DNA of 64,000 nucleotides from Treponemataceae bacterium (GCA_963678065.2 CAXXVZ010000003.1:1152001-1216000); one strand, 5' to 3'. Positions 18,973 through 28,662 are shown, counted from the stretch's first letter. Numbers and translations are program-made. The notes: a model not told the origin generated them from the sequence alone.

Positions 18973-19830
18973 TCAGCCCTTCAATCCTGTCGTGCTGATG
19001 CCCTGCACGATGTATTTGTTGAAAAACACGAAGAGGAGGAATATCGGCACGAGGGAGAGGGTCGACATCGCGAAGAGCTGGCCGTAGTCGGTCTGCGAGC
19101 TCGAGTCGATGAAGGCGCGCAGGGCGAGGGAGACCGTGAAGGATTTCGGCCGCGAGAGGTACAGAAGCGGTTCCAGGAAGTCGTTCCACTTCCAGTAGGA
19201 GGCGATGACGGCCGTCGATATCAGGGCGGGCTTCGCGAGGGGCAGGATTATATAGGCGAATACACCGTACATGCTGCAGCCGTCGATGATGGCCGACTCG
19301 TCGAGCTCAATGGGGAGGGTCCTGATGAACTGGACATTGAGAAAGATGAAAAAGGCCGACATGGCGAACCAGGAGGGCACGATGAGCGGCAGGAAGGTGT
19401 TTATCCACCTGAGCTTCTGGAAGAGAATGTAGCGCGGTATCACGAGGATCTCTCCGGGAAGGAGCATGGTCCCCAGCATGAGGGCGAACCAGAGCTTGCT
19501 CCCCCTGAACTTCACCCGCGCGAAGCCGAAGGAGACGACGGAGCAGGAGAGGACGGTCCCTATGGTCGACAGGACGGTGACGACGGTGGAATTCCAGAAA
19601 AAGGTCCCGAAACTGTTGCTGCCGAAGCCTTTCCATCCCTGGGTATAGTTCGAGAGCATGAAAGTCTGCGGAAGGAGCCTGTACTTGTCGAGGGCGAGAA
19701 TCTCGGTGTTGGCCTTGAAGGAGCCGAGAACGAGCCACAGGAGGGGATACAGGAGGATGAAGCAGGAGGCGATGACGAGGACGTGGTAGCCCGCGCGGAG
19801 TGCGCGCTTCCGGACGCGTGGGACGTTCAT
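18973..19830 (-). CDS. Carbohydrate ABC transporter permease (MalG-like)
   Basis: EAA loop ELDESAIIDG, WNDFLEPL. ATGA overlap with the upstream permease. Confidence 0.93.
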   Translation of the reverse strand: MNVPRVRKRALRAGYHVLVIASCFILLYPLLWLVLGSFKANTEILALDKYRLLPQTFMLSNYTQGWKGFGSNSFGTFFWNSTVVTVLSTIGTVLSCSVVSFGFARVKFRGSKLWFALMLGTMLLPGEILVIPRYILFQKLRWINTFLPLIVPSWFAMSAFFIFLNVQFIRTLPIELDESAIIDGCSMYGVFAYIILPLAKPALISTAVIASYWKWNDFLEPLLYLSRPKSFTVSLALRAFIDSSSQTDYGQLFAMSTLSLVPIFLLFVFFNKYIVQGISTTGLKG

Positions 19831-20759
19831 TCCTTCACCTCGTAGTGCACCCAGAGCGAGGATGACTTGAAGATGAGGGCCGTCACCGCGCCCACGACGA
19901 TGAGGAGTACCCAGGCCATCGCGCTCGAGTAGCCCATCTCGAACCACTGGAAGGCGCGCAGATACATGTAGAGGACATAGAGCAGAGTCGAATCCAGCGG
20001 CCCTCCGGGCGTGGCCGTGGGCCCCGCCGAGGTGATTATGTAGGCGCTCGTGAAGGACATGAAGCTCGATATGAGCATCATGATGAGGTTGAAGAAGATG
20101 ATGGGCGTGAGGAGCGGCAGGGTTATCGAGAAGAACCTGCGCAGGCCGGAGGCCCCGTCTATCTTGGCCGCCTCGTAGTAGGTCTCGGGGATCTGCTTGA
20201 GCCCGGCCACGAAGATCAGCATGGATGAGCCGAACTGCCAGACATTGAGGGTTATGAGCACCCAGATCGCCGAACGCGGATCGCTTATCCAGGAAATCCC
20301 TGAGCCGAGCCCCAGAGCCTTGATGATGGAATTGATAGCCCCGTTCAGGCCGAAGAGCTCCTTCCAGAGCACCGCGACCACGACGGAGCCGCCGATGAGG
20401 GAGGGCAGGTAGAAGAGGGAGCGGTAGAGCCCCGCCGGCTTCGTGTCCTTGTCGAGGAGAATCGCGACGAGGAGGGCGAAAGCCAGTCTCAGGGGCACCG
20501 CGGCGACGACGAAGAAGAGGGTGACCGAGACCGATTTCCAGAAGCGCTCGTCGCCGCCGAACATACGGGTAAAGTTGTCGAATCCGATCCAGACCGGCGC
20601 CGAAACCACTTTGTAGGACGTGAATGAGAGATACAGGGATCCCAGCATCGGTACGACCTGGAAAGCGAAAAAGCCGATAAGCCAAGGCAGGATGAAGACA
20701 TAGCCGACGACGTTGCGCCGGTAAATCCAGGCCGTCTTTCCGGGGGTTTTCGGTGTCAT
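19827..20759 (-). CDS. Carbohydrate ABC transporter permease (MalF-like)
   Basis: YVFILPWLIGF, YRSLFYLPS, YYEAAKIDGA, MGYSSAMAW. Confidence 0.93.
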   Translation of the reverse strand: MTPKTPGKTAWIYRRNVVGYVFILPWLIGFFAFQVVPMLGSLYLSFTSYKVVSAPVWIGFDNFTRMFGGDERFWKSVSVTLFFVVAAVPLRLAFALLVAILLDKDTKPAGLYRSLFYLPSLIGGSVVVAVLWKELFGLNGAINSIIKALGLGSGISWISDPRSAIWVLITLNVWQFGSSMLIFVAGLKQIPETYYEAAKIDGASGLRRFFSITLPLLTPIIFFNLIMMLISSFMSFTSAYIITSAGPTATPGGPLDSTLLYVLYMYLRAFQWFEMGYSSAMAWVLLIVVGAVTALIFKSSSLWVHYEVKE

Positions 20760-20860
20760 TGGGTTCTCCGGTTCCGGATTCGGATTTAAAACCACCTTTC
20801 TCCCGCGCCTCTCGTCCGGATCGGCATTCGGGAAAAAGGCGGCATCGGACTGGCGGCCGC

Positions 20861-20885
20861 GCTCCGGAGCGCTTCGCTCCGGAGC
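20861..20885. other. Stem-loop after the solute-binding protein gene
   Basis: GCTCCGGAGC-GCTTC-GCTCCGGAGC (a self-complementary 10-mer present twice). Confidence 0.55.
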
Positions 20886-20907
20886 CGGGCATCGGGGTTT
20901 GTCCCCC

Positions 20908-22185
20908 TTATTTCCTTCCGAGGACCTTGGTCGCGTCCGTGCGGAACTTCGCGGCCGCTTCGGCGGGCGTGATCTTGTCGTAGAGCACCTGCTCGCCGAG
21001 CTTGCGGAGGATATCCTCGACTTCAAGCTCTGCGAGCGGCTCGATGGGCTGATCCTTGGACGCGATCTTTCCGACCCTGTCCATGAAATCGAAGGTGAGT
21101 GCGACCGTGGCCGGAACGAGGGGTTTCACGGTGTCGCGGACGTTGGACATGATGGGGATGCCGCGCTCGCCCTGGAGAACCTTGTTGGCCTCGAGGTCGC
21201 CGACGATGTAGTTGATGACCTTCGCGCCCTCGAGCTTGTTCTTCGAATACTTGGAGAGAACGAGGTGCTGGGAAGCCCGCACGTACATGCCGGAGGGTCC
21301 GTTCGCGCTGATCTTGGGAACCATCGCGAGCTTGAGGGGACGGTTCGCAGCGGTGAAGAGGGCGGCGACCTGGTTCGACCAGGCGAAGGTCATCGCGGCC
21401 TTGCCGGAGACGATGTACTCGCCCTGGATGTCCTTGACGGCCGCGACTTCCGCTGGATTGGGGTGGAGTCCTTCCTTTACAAAGCGTCTCTTCAGCTCGA
21501 ACCAGTTCTGGAGGTACTTGTCGTCTGAGTAACCGAGGGCAGTTCCCGCGTCGTTGTACACGTCCTGGGTCGTGGAGTTCTGGCCGATGTAGTACCAGCC
21601 GCCGATCGACCAGTCATCCATGCCATTCACGCCGAAAATGCCGAGCTTGGACTTGAAAACCGCAGATGCCTTCTCGAGGTCTGCCCAGGTCCAGGCGTCG
21701 GTGGGCTCGGCGACGCCCGCTTTCTTGAAGAGCTCGGGGTCGTAGACGAGGGCCATGGAGTTGGTGCCGAGGCTGATGCCGAGGATCTTTCCGCCGATCT
21801 TGCCGGAGGAGAGGAAGCTCGCGTTGGTGTACTTGACGTTGATCGTGCCATCCTTGATGTAGTCGTCGAGAGGGGCGAGGTGATCTTTGTAGGTCAGGAA
21901 GTTGTTGCCCATCTGGAAGACATCGGGAAGGTCGCCAGCCGCGATGAGGGTGTTGAGCTTCTCGAAGTACTGGCCGCCGCCCGTATACTCGGGGGCGAAC
22001 TTGATCTGGGGATTGGCCGCCTGATACATGTCGAGGACCTTGAGCGTCCTGTCGTGCCTGACCTGCGACCCCCACCAGAAAATGCGCAGGTCGACGTTCT
22101 TCTGGGCCGAGGCGCCCAGGATCGTCGCCGCCGCGAAGAGTACGAGAAGAAAAGCGCGTGCGAATGCCGTATTCCGTGATTTCAT
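20908..22185 (-). CDS. Carbohydrate ABC transporter substrate-binding protein
   Basis: Signal peptide, LRIFWWGSQVRH, AGDLPDVFQM, YDPELFKKAGV, WTWAD. Confidence 0.92.
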   Translation of the reverse strand: MKSRNTAFARAFLLVLFAAATILGASAQKNVDLRIFWWGSQVRHDRTLKVLDMYQAANPQIKFAPEYTGGGQYFEKLNTLIAAGDLPDVFQMGNNFLTYKDHLAPLDDYIKDGTINVKYTNASFLSSGKIGGKILGISLGTNSMALVYDPELFKKAGVAEPTDAWTWADLEKASAVFKSKLGIFGVNGMDDWSIGGWYYIGQNSTTQDVYNDAGTALGYSDDKYLQNWFELKRRFVKEGLHPNPAEVAAVKDIQGEYIVSGKAAMTFAWSNQVAALFTAANRPLKLAMVPKISANGPSGMYVRASQHLVLSKYSKNKLEGAKVINYIVGDLEANKVLQGERGIPIMSNVRDTVKPLVPATVALTFDFMDRVGKIASKDQPIEPLAELEVEDILRKLGEQVLYDKITPAEAAAKFRTDATKVLGRK

Positions 22186-22217
22186 GTCGTAAGACCTCCT
22201 GTCTGCTTGCGAATTTT

Positions 22218-22280
22218 AGTGTAGGAGCACTATCCGCAGCTGTCAAGAAAAAAGAAAAATATTAAAAAATAAAAGAATAT
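22218..22280 (-). promoter_or_regulatory. Sigma70-type promoter of the ABC operon with an AT-rich upstream tract
   Basis: Minus strand TTGACA (22246-22241), 17 nt, TACACT (22223-22218); long A/T tract at 22247-22280. Confidence 0.7.
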
Positions 22281-22314
22281 ATAAGCAAGGATTTTTCTTC
22301 CTGTATTTTTCGAA

Positions 22315-22344
22315 TTGACAACATATCGAAAGACATGACAGACT
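22315..22344 (+). promoter_or_regulatory. Possible divergent sigma70 promoter for the DUF4038-type hydrolase
   Basis: TTGACA at 22315-22320 followed by TGaCAGACT (weak extended -10). Confidence 0.4.
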
Positions 22345-22438
22345 CGTGGGCAGGCTTGAAAGTACGGGTCGACGTGAGCCCATCCCATCCGGGATCGGGC
22401 GGAAAAGGTGATCACTCCACGAGCCTGAGAGGTAGCCC

Positions 22439-23962
22439 ATGCCCCAGCCCGAAGCCCCTTCCCTTCCCGCCCGCATAGCCCGATGGTCGGTCTTCGAATC
22501 CCGTCACGCGGGCCCCTCGGCAGGAAATCCCTTCGTCGATGTCGATTTCCGGGCGGTTTTCCGCCATGGCAACAGGCGCATCCCCGTTACGGGATTCTAC
22601 GACGGAGAAGGAGTCTACGTTCTCCGCGTCATGCCCGACGCGACGGGCGGATGGAGCTACGAGACTTCGAGCGGCGCGCGGGAACTGGATGGCCTTTGTG
22701 GCTCTTTCGTCTGTGTCGACGCGGAAAAAGGGGTTCACGGTCCCGTCCGCCTCGGGAAAAAGTTCCATTTCGCGTATGAAGACGGCACGATCTACCGCCC
22801 CTTCGGCACGACGGCCTACGCCTGGACGAGCCAGGAAGCGGAGTTGGAAGAAAAAACCCTCGCCACCCTCGCCGCCTCGCCCTTCAACAAAATGCGAATG
22901 TGTGTCTTTCCCAAGCACTACGACTACAACGAGAACGAGCCGCCGCTCTACGCCTTCGAGCCCCTCTCCGATGCTTCGGCCCCGGCAGTCTGGACCGCCT
23001 CCGATGGCGCGGGCAACAAGCTCTCCGGCACGGCAGCCTTCAGGTGGGACTTCAGCCGCCTCAATCCGGCCTTCTTCCGCCACCTCGAGAAGAGAGTGGC
23101 CGAACTGGGCGAGCTCGGCATCGAGGCCGACCTCATCCTCTTCCACCCCTACGACCGCTGGGGCTTCTCCGACATGGGCCGCGAGGCCGACGAGCGCTAC
23201 CTCGGATACCTCGTCGCGAGGCTCGCCGCGTACAGGAATGTCTGGTGGTCCATGGCCAACGAGTACGACCTCATGCCCTGGAAGAGCATGGACGACTGGG
23301 ACAACCTTTTCCGCTTCCTGCAGAGCCGGGATCCGCACGACCACCTACGCTCGATCCACAACTGCCGCCCCTTCTACGACCACGGAAAGCCCTGGATCAC
23401 CCACTGCTCGGTCCAGCACAACGACGTCTCCCTCGCCACCGACTGGCGCAAGCTCTACGGAAAACCTGTCGTGATCGACGAGTGCCGCTACGAGGGCAAC
23501 CTGCCCCGGCGCTGGGGCAACATCACGGGCCAGGAGATGACAAACCGCTTCTGGGAAGGATTCGCCCGCGGAACCTACGTCGGACACGGCGAGACCTTCC
23601 TCTCCCCTGACGATGTCATCTGGTGGGCCAAGGGCGGAAGCCTGCGCGGAGAGAGCGTCGCGCGCATCGCCTTCCTCCGGAAGATACTCGAGGAAGGCCC
23701 GCCTGCGGGACTCGAGACCGCAAATCTCGGAAGCAATGCCCACGCCGTATCGGGTGTGGACGGGAACTACTTCCTCGTCTTCTACGGCATGGCCCAGCCC
23801 GCCTACCAGACCCTCAGCCTCCCGGAGGGAAGCTTCGAGGTCGACATCATCGACGTCTGGAACATGACCGTGACCCCTGCCCCCGGCCTGTATTCGGGCG
23901 AATGCCGCGTCGAACTGCCGGGGACCGTCCTCATGGCACTCAGGATAACGAGGCGCGGCTGA
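22439..23962 (+). CDS. DUF5060/DUF4038/DUF5605 putative glycoside hydrolase (apiosidase-like TIM barrel)
   Basis: GNPF...GFYDG..Y..R.MP...G.WSY, FGTTAYAW, PFNKMRMCVFPK, LILFHPYDRWG, WWSMANEYD, KPVVIDECRYEG. Confidence 0.85.
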   Translation: MPQPEAPSLPARIARWSVFESRHAGPSAGNPFVDVDFRAVFRHGNRRIPVTGFYDGEGVYVLRVMPDATGGWSYETSSGARELDGLCGSFVCVDAEKGVHGPVRLGKKFHFAYEDGTIYRPFGTTAYAWTSQEAELEEKTLATLAASPFNKMRMCVFPKHYDYNENEPPLYAFEPLSDASAPAVWTASDGAGNKLSGTAAFRWDFSRLNPAFFRHLEKRVAELGELGIEADLILFHPYDRWGFSDMGREADERYLGYLVARLAAYRNVWWSMANEYDLMPWKSMDDWDNLFRFLQSRDPHDHLRSIHNCRPFYDHGKPWITHCSVQHNDVSLATDWRKLYGKPVVIDECRYEGNLPRRWGNITGQEMTNRFWEGFARGTYVGHGETFLSPDDVIWWAKGGSLRGESVARIAFLRKILEEGPPAGLETANLGSNAHAVSGVDGNYFLVFYGMAQPAYQTLSLPEGSFEVDIIDVWNMTVTPAPGLYSGECRVELPGTVLMALRITRRG

Positions 23963-23988
23963 CTTGAGGAAAAGCGGGAGGCTTCGAA

Positions 23989-24738
23989 ATGCCGGATAGG
24001 CCATCATCTTCCGGAAATACCCGAAACGCCTCGGGAGAGGGCCCCGGCCAGCGGCTCTTCCTCGCCTTCAACCTTCCACCGCGCGCCGCGGAGCACCTCG
24101 AAAGCCTGGCCGCATCGTGGGCCGCCGACTATCGCAAAGGGCGCGGGGGAAGCGGGAAAAATGGAGCCGATTATTCCGCGATAAGCGTCGCCCTGGTTCC
24201 GCGACAAAACCTCCATATCACCCTGCATTTTCTCGGGAATGTCGACGCGGCCATGGAGGCGGAACTCCGGAACGGACTGCGTCGGATTGTGACAGATTTC
24301 GCGCCCCTGTCATTCGATACAGGTCGCGTCCTCTGCTTCCCGGGCCCCCGCGATCCGCGCATCCTCGCCCTCGAGTGCCTGCCCGGGGAAGGAGGAAAAG
24401 CCCGCGAACTCGCGCTGTCCTCTGCCCGCCTCCTTGCCGACCTGGGGATACCGGTGGATCGCCGCCCCTGGCGGCCCCACGTCACCCTCGCCCGATTCCG
24501 CGCGGAAAATGAGGCCGGCCGGCTCTTACGGAATGGCAAAGAGCGGAGCGCCGCGGACGCTGCCGGCCGGGAAGATCGCCCGGGAGCGCGGAACGCATTC
24601 CCGAAAAGCGTCTCCTTCAGGGCCGCATCCCTCGACCTCATGCTCTCCCTCCTCTCTCCGGCGGGAGCCAGATACGAAGTCGTGGAGCGCTTCCCTTTCG
24701 GGGGAGGAAAAATCCCGGCGCAATCTGACGATCCATAA
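23989..24738 (+). CDS. thpR: RNA 2',3'-cyclic phosphodiesterase (2H phosphoesterase)
   Basis: RLFLA, NLHITLHFLG, WRPHVTLAR, S.LSPAGARY. Confidence 0.88.
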   Translation: MPDRPSSSGNTRNASGEGPGQRLFLAFNLPPRAAEHLESLAASWAADYRKGRGGSGKNGADYSAISVALVPRQNLHITLHFLGNVDAAMEAELRNGLRRIVTDFAPLSFDTGRVLCFPGPRDPRILALECLPGEGGKARELALSSARLLADLGIPVDRRPWRPHVTLARFRAENEAGRLLRNGKERSAADAAGREDRPGARNAFPKSVSFRAASLDLMLSLLSPAGARYEVVERFPFGGGKIPAQSDDP

Positions 24739-24750
24739 AGCTCAGCCGAT

Positions 24751-25353
24751 TCAGGATCCCCGGCGTTCCTCGAGACCGACAATGAGGTCGACCTCGGCGA
24801 CACTCAGACCCAGGCGCGCGGCTATGACTTCGGATGTGAAACCGGCGCGGTAGAGGTCGAGAGCCTCCGTCTTCGGGGATTTTCCATGCTGCGCAGGTCC
24901 CGCCGATTCGGCTCCACCGCGAGTGAGGGTTCGACCGGGGGAACGTCCGAGGGCGAGGACGATGGGGAGAGCTGCCCCCTCATCCGGAATCGTGGCCGCG
25001 GTCGCGGCTGCGGTCGCAGATGCGCCGGGAACGCCCCTGCCGCTCTCTCCTGCCCCGTCGTCCGGACGCAGCTCCGGAACGGCGGCCGATCCCCGGGCAG
25101 GCGCGCCGGGCTGGGTGCCGCGAGACTGGGCCTCGTCGAGAAGATCCCGCATGACGGCGATCCTGTCTTCGAGGAGGCCAATGTTGCGCTCGCTGACCTC
25201 TCCGAAATCGACGGCGAGAGCCTCAACCTCGTCGCGAAGCGCGCAGAGCCGCCCCTCGAGTCCCGCAAGCTTCTCGAGCCTCGCCCGGAAGACGAAAAAC
25301 AGGGTGATAAAACCCGCGATCTGGATCGCGGCGAACAAGACTATCGTGGCCAT
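24751..25353 (-). CDS. Membrane-anchored coiled-coil protein with a C-terminal HTH-like segment (flagellar-locus-associated, DUF6115-like)
   Basis: N-terminal TM, ERNIGLLEDRI coiled coil, C-terminal LYRAGFTSEVIAARLGLSVAEVDLI. Confidence 0.7.
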   Translation of the reverse strand: MATIVLFAAIQIAGFITLFFVFRARLEKLAGLEGRLCALRDEVEALAVDFGEVSERNIGLLEDRIAVMRDLLDEAQSRGTQPGAPARGSAAVPELRPDDGAGESGRGVPGASATAAATAATIPDEGAALPIVLALGRSPGRTLTRGGAESAGPAQHGKSPKTEALDLYRAGFTSEVIAARLGLSVAEVDLIVGLEERRGS

Positions 25354-25357
25354 GACT

Positions 25358-25708
25358 TCAGCCCCGGAGGTCGAGCCGGGCACCGGCCTTTTCTTTCAGG
25401 ATATTCGGCTCCCGCGCGGCGGCCTTGTCCGGAGACATGGCTCTGGGCGCGGGCTTCAGAATCTGGTCTTCGGGGATTCTGCGGACAGGGCGCGGCCGCG
25501 AGGGCTCGATCCCGGCCGTCGGGCCTTCGCCGTGAACGGCTTCCTCCGCCGCCCTGCTGAGAGACTTCAGGGGCGCCGCGGCCGATTTCCCCAGCCTGGT
25601 CGCCGAGACAGCGAGGGCGGACTCCTGGGAGAGAGCGATGGCGGCTGCAACCGCCCAGGGATCTGTGTTCGGATCTGAAATCCTGCCTGACGCCGGAAAG
25701 TCCGCCAT
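25358..25708 (-). CDS. Hypothetical protein
   Basis: Fills the gap between fliA and the next gene with tight spacing; ends GARLDLRG. Confidence 0.55.
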   Translation of the reverse strand: MADFPASGRISDPNTDPWAVAAAIALSQESALAVSATRLGKSAAAPLKSLSRAAEEAVHGEGPTAGIEPSRPRPVRRIPEDQILKPAPRAMSPDKAAAREPNILKEKAGARLDLRG

Positions 25709-25715
25709 GGCGGTT

Positions 25716-26531
25716 TTAGTAGATACCCTTGCGGTAGTTGGTCAGCTTTGCCCTGAGCCGGATGATGGCCTTGGTGTGGAGCTGGCTGATCCGGGATTCC
25801 GTGACCTCGAGGACCTGGCCGATCTCCTTCAGGGTGAGATCTTCGTAATAGTAGAGGACGAGCACGGTTTTTTCTTTTTCGGGCAGCTCGTTTATTGCCT
25901 GGACGACGACCTTCCGGATGGCTTCCCGCTCCACGGAGGCGTCCGGGTTCATGCTCACCGGAGATTCGATGCTGTCCCCGAGGGAGAGCTGTTCGTCTTC
26001 GGTGCCCGAATACCAGACCTCGTTGAGGGAGAGGATGGCGGTTCCGGATATCTTGAGCATGGTCTTCCCGAATTCTTCTTCGGAGATGCCCATGGAGACC
26101 GCGATCTCCTGGTCGGTCGCCGGACGCCCGAGCCGGCCCTCCAGTTTCGCGACCGCTTCCTCGATCTCGCGCGTTTTCTGGCGGACGGAGCGGGGTATCC
26201 AGTCGATGGCGCGCAGCTCGTCGAAAATTGCGCCGCGTATGCGGGTCACCGCGTAGGTCTTGAACTTGACGTGCTTGCTCGGGTCGAATTTGTCGATCGC
26301 GTCGATGAGGCCGAAAACGCCGTAGCCTACGAGATCCTCGAACTCGACCTGGTTGGGCATGCCCGCGGCAACTTTGCCCGCCACATATTTGACGAGGGGC
26401 GCGTACTGGCGGATGAATGCTTCCCGTATGGCGGGATCGCGAGTCTTGAAATAACGGGGCCAGAGTTCTTCTTCGGTCAAGTGGCTCGTCGGGGTGTCAG
26501 TTTTTCGGTATGAACGAAGATCGCTATCCAC
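25716..26531 (-). CDS. fliA: RNA polymerase sigma-28 factor (FliA/WhiG)
   Basis: YAPLVKYVAG, GLIDAIDKFD, RIRGAIFDELRAIDWIPRSVR, LTLKEIGQVLEVTESRISQLH. Confidence 0.95.
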   Translation of the reverse strand: MDSDLRSYRKTDTPTSHLTEEELWPRYFKTRDPAIREAFIRQYAPLVKYVAGKVAAGMPNQVEFEDLVGYGVFGLIDAIDKFDPSKHVKFKTYAVTRIRGAIFDELRAIDWIPRSVRQKTREIEEAVAKLEGRLGRPATDQEIAVSMGISEEEFGKTMLKISGTAILSLNEVWYSGTEDEQLSLGDSIESPVSMNPDASVEREAIRKVVVQAINELPEKEKTVLVLYYYEDLTLKEIGQVLEVTESRISQLHTKAIIRLRAKLTNYRKGIY

Positions 26532-26552
26532 GTGTTTCCGGCCCTCCTCTCG

Positions 26553-27446
26553 CTAGAGTAGGCTCAAACCGGAGCCGCCGTCAAGTTCGGAAACGATCCT
26601 GGCATCGTTATCGCGCGCATGTTTCGCCCGGAAGGGCTGTCTGCCGCGTTCCAGTCGTTCGGCGAAGTGGACGAGCGAGAGCGCCGTCCTCGATCCGGGT
26701 TCCGATTCGACGAGAGGAATGTCTTCGGGACCGGAACCCATGGCAGCCCGTTCCGGGTGGGTGAAGACGCAGCCCCGGTATTCGACGACGGGCGCGCCGA
26801 GTCCCGGAGCGCAGGCTTTCATGACTGCGAGGGCCGTGTTCCGTCCCTCGGCGATGGAGTCAACGCAGTTCACGGCGAGGCGCAGGGCGGGGATCCCGTA
26901 TTCCTGCACCGACGAGAGGAGGTTGATGAAGCCCGCGGCCTCCCTGAGGCCGGAAGCTCCCGGCAGGGCGAGGACGACGGGCTCATCGGCGGCGCGGATG
27001 ACCCGGAGGGAGATATGGGACACTCCGGCCGGCAGGTCGACGATGAGGAGATCCCTGGACTGGGGCGGACTCGCCCTCCCGGCTCCGGAGGGGGCAAAAG
27101 CCATAGCCATTCCGATGGTCCCGGCCGCGCCGGAGGCGAACTCGCCCTTCCCGCCCGAATCCCTCAGGTTCCGCGAATCGCTCAGGTTCCGCGAATCCCT
27201 CGAGGCGAGAATCCCGCTGATCTTCGCCTCGTCGCTCCCGTCTACAAGGAAGACCCGGTAACCTTTCCGGGAGAAGACGGAGGCGAGATTCCTGCACAGA
27301 CTGCTTCTGCCTGCCCGCGCGAGACCGGAGGCGAGCGCGATGAACCAGGCATCGCCCTCAAGGGAAGGCGGAGAGCCTCCAGGGGATGATGGCGAGGGAT
27401 GGCGCATACCGACCAGATCGCGCAAAAACTGTGCCTGGTCTTCCAT
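26553..27446 (-). CDS. flhG: Degenerate FlhG/MinD-like protein
   Basis: Lies after flhF. N-terminal MEDQAQFLR, IALASGLARAGRSS at the Walker A position, VFLVDG, LLIVDLPAGVS, LAVN. Confidence 0.75.
   Translation of the reverse strand: MEDQAQFLRDLVGMRHPSPSSPGGSPPSLEGDAWFIALASGLARAGRSSLCRNLASVFSRKGYRVFLVDGSDEAKISGILASRDSRNLSDSRNLRDSGGKGEFASGAAGTIGMAMAFAPSGAGRASPPQSRDLLIVDLPAGVSHISLRVIRAADEPVVLALPGASGLREAAGFINLLSSVQEYGIPALRLAVNCVDSIAEGRNTALAVMKACAPGLGAPVVEYRGCVFTHPERAAMGSGPEDIPLVESEPGSRTALSLVHFAERLERGRQPFRAKHARDNDARIVSELDGGSGLSLL
27156..27201. repeat. In-frame 18-bp tandem repeat (about 2.5 copies) in flhG
   Basis: CGAATCCCTCAGGTTCCG / CGAATCGCTCAGGTTCCG / CGAATCCCTC. Confidence 0.85.
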
Positions 27447-27448
27447 GC

Positions 27449-28648
27449 TCAGAATCCTCCTGCCTGTCCGGAGGAAGCAGTCCGGTTGCCCGGCTTCGTC
27501 GCCGGCCGCTCGATGCGGTCGGCGAGTCTGTCGGCCCGTGCCCGCTCGATATCCTGGGGGACCCTCTGCCCCGTCGTGATGTAGGAGAGAGGGACTCCGC
27601 GCGCGGCAAGGGCGGAAATGGCATTGCCGATCCTGGCGGTTTCGTCGACCTTGGTCAGGACCACCGCGCGATAGCCGAAAACCGAGAAGGACTCCAGCGT
27701 TCTCTCCATGTCCGAGGTCTTCATCGTGGCGGAGATCGCGAGGTGGACCTCGGCTTCCGGGCCGCAGGCCGCGATGACTCTCTGCATGTCCGCGAGGCGG
27801 GAGAGATCGCCCGGGCTCTTTCCGATCGTATCGACGAGAATGAGTCCCGATTCCTGGCAGAGCGAGAGGGTCTTGTAGAGATCGTCCGCCGTCTCGACGC
27901 CGGAGACGGGGACACCCATGATGTCGCCGTAAGTCTCGATCTGCTGTCTCGCGCCGATGCGGTAGTTGTCTATGGTGATCATCTGCACGGGTTCGCGCTT
28001 CTCGCCGCCGATGCCCACAGAGTGGATGGCGGCGAGTTTGGCTATCGTCGTCGTCTTCCCCACCCCGGTCGGCCCGACCAGGATGAAGATCCTGCGCCGG
28101 CCTGCGGCGGGAGCTGACCAGATCCCTATTCCCTCGCGGATCCAGCCGATGACAGTCGCCTCGACGAAGCCGGGGTCGGAGAGCCTCTCCATGGAAAAAC
28201 TCTGCGCCACGCGGGCCATGATCCCGTCCTCGTAGGCCTGTGAAAACTCGTTGTGGCGCAGGAGCGATCTGACCCTGGCCATGCTGGGATGCTCGGCTCC
28301 CGCTTCCGCCTTTTCGGCGCCCTTGGTCTCCTCGATGCTCTCGCGGAGCTTTTTCACTTCGGCGAGGACGGACTGGATGGCCTGATCGGCTTTAGCCTGG
28401 GAAAGAATGCGACGCTTGCGCTCCTCGAGGTCATCCTTCTCGTCCTGGCTCGGAGCCGTCTTCCGGGCGACGCCGTCTTCCTCCCGGACATAGCCCGTCA
28501 CCTCGATGCCCTCCTTCGCGAAAAGCCCGAGAAAGCCGCCCATGCGTATTGTCTTGTGGGAGACGATCTGGGCCGCGTTTCCGTATTTTGCCCTCACTTT
28601 TTCGAGAGCCTCGCGCCGGGACGGCGCCTGTTCGGTAAAATATTGCAT
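27449..28648 (-). CDS. flhF: SRP-family GTPase FlhF
   Basis: [44 protein letters not shown]. Confidence 0.95.
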   Translation of the reverse strand: MQYFTEQAPSRREALEKVRAKYGNAAQIVSHKTIRMGGFLGLFAKEGIEVTGYVREEDGVARKTAPSQDEKDDLEERKRRILSQAKADQAIQSVLAEVKKLRESIEETKGAEKAEAGAEHPSMARVRSLLRHNEFSQAYEDGIMARVAQSFSMERLSDPGFVEATVIGWIREGIGIWSAPAAGRRRIFILVGPTGVGKTTTIAKLAAIHSVGIGGEKREPVQMITIDNYRIGARQQIETYGDIMGVPVSGVETADDLYKTLSLCQESGLILVDTIGKSPGDLSRLADMQRVIAACGPEAEVHLAISATMKTSDMERTLESFSVFGYRAVVLTKVDETARIGNAISALAARGVPLSYITTGQRVPQDIERARADRLADRIERPATKPGNRTASSGQAGGF

Positions 28649-28662
28649 GTCCTGCCTTTTGT

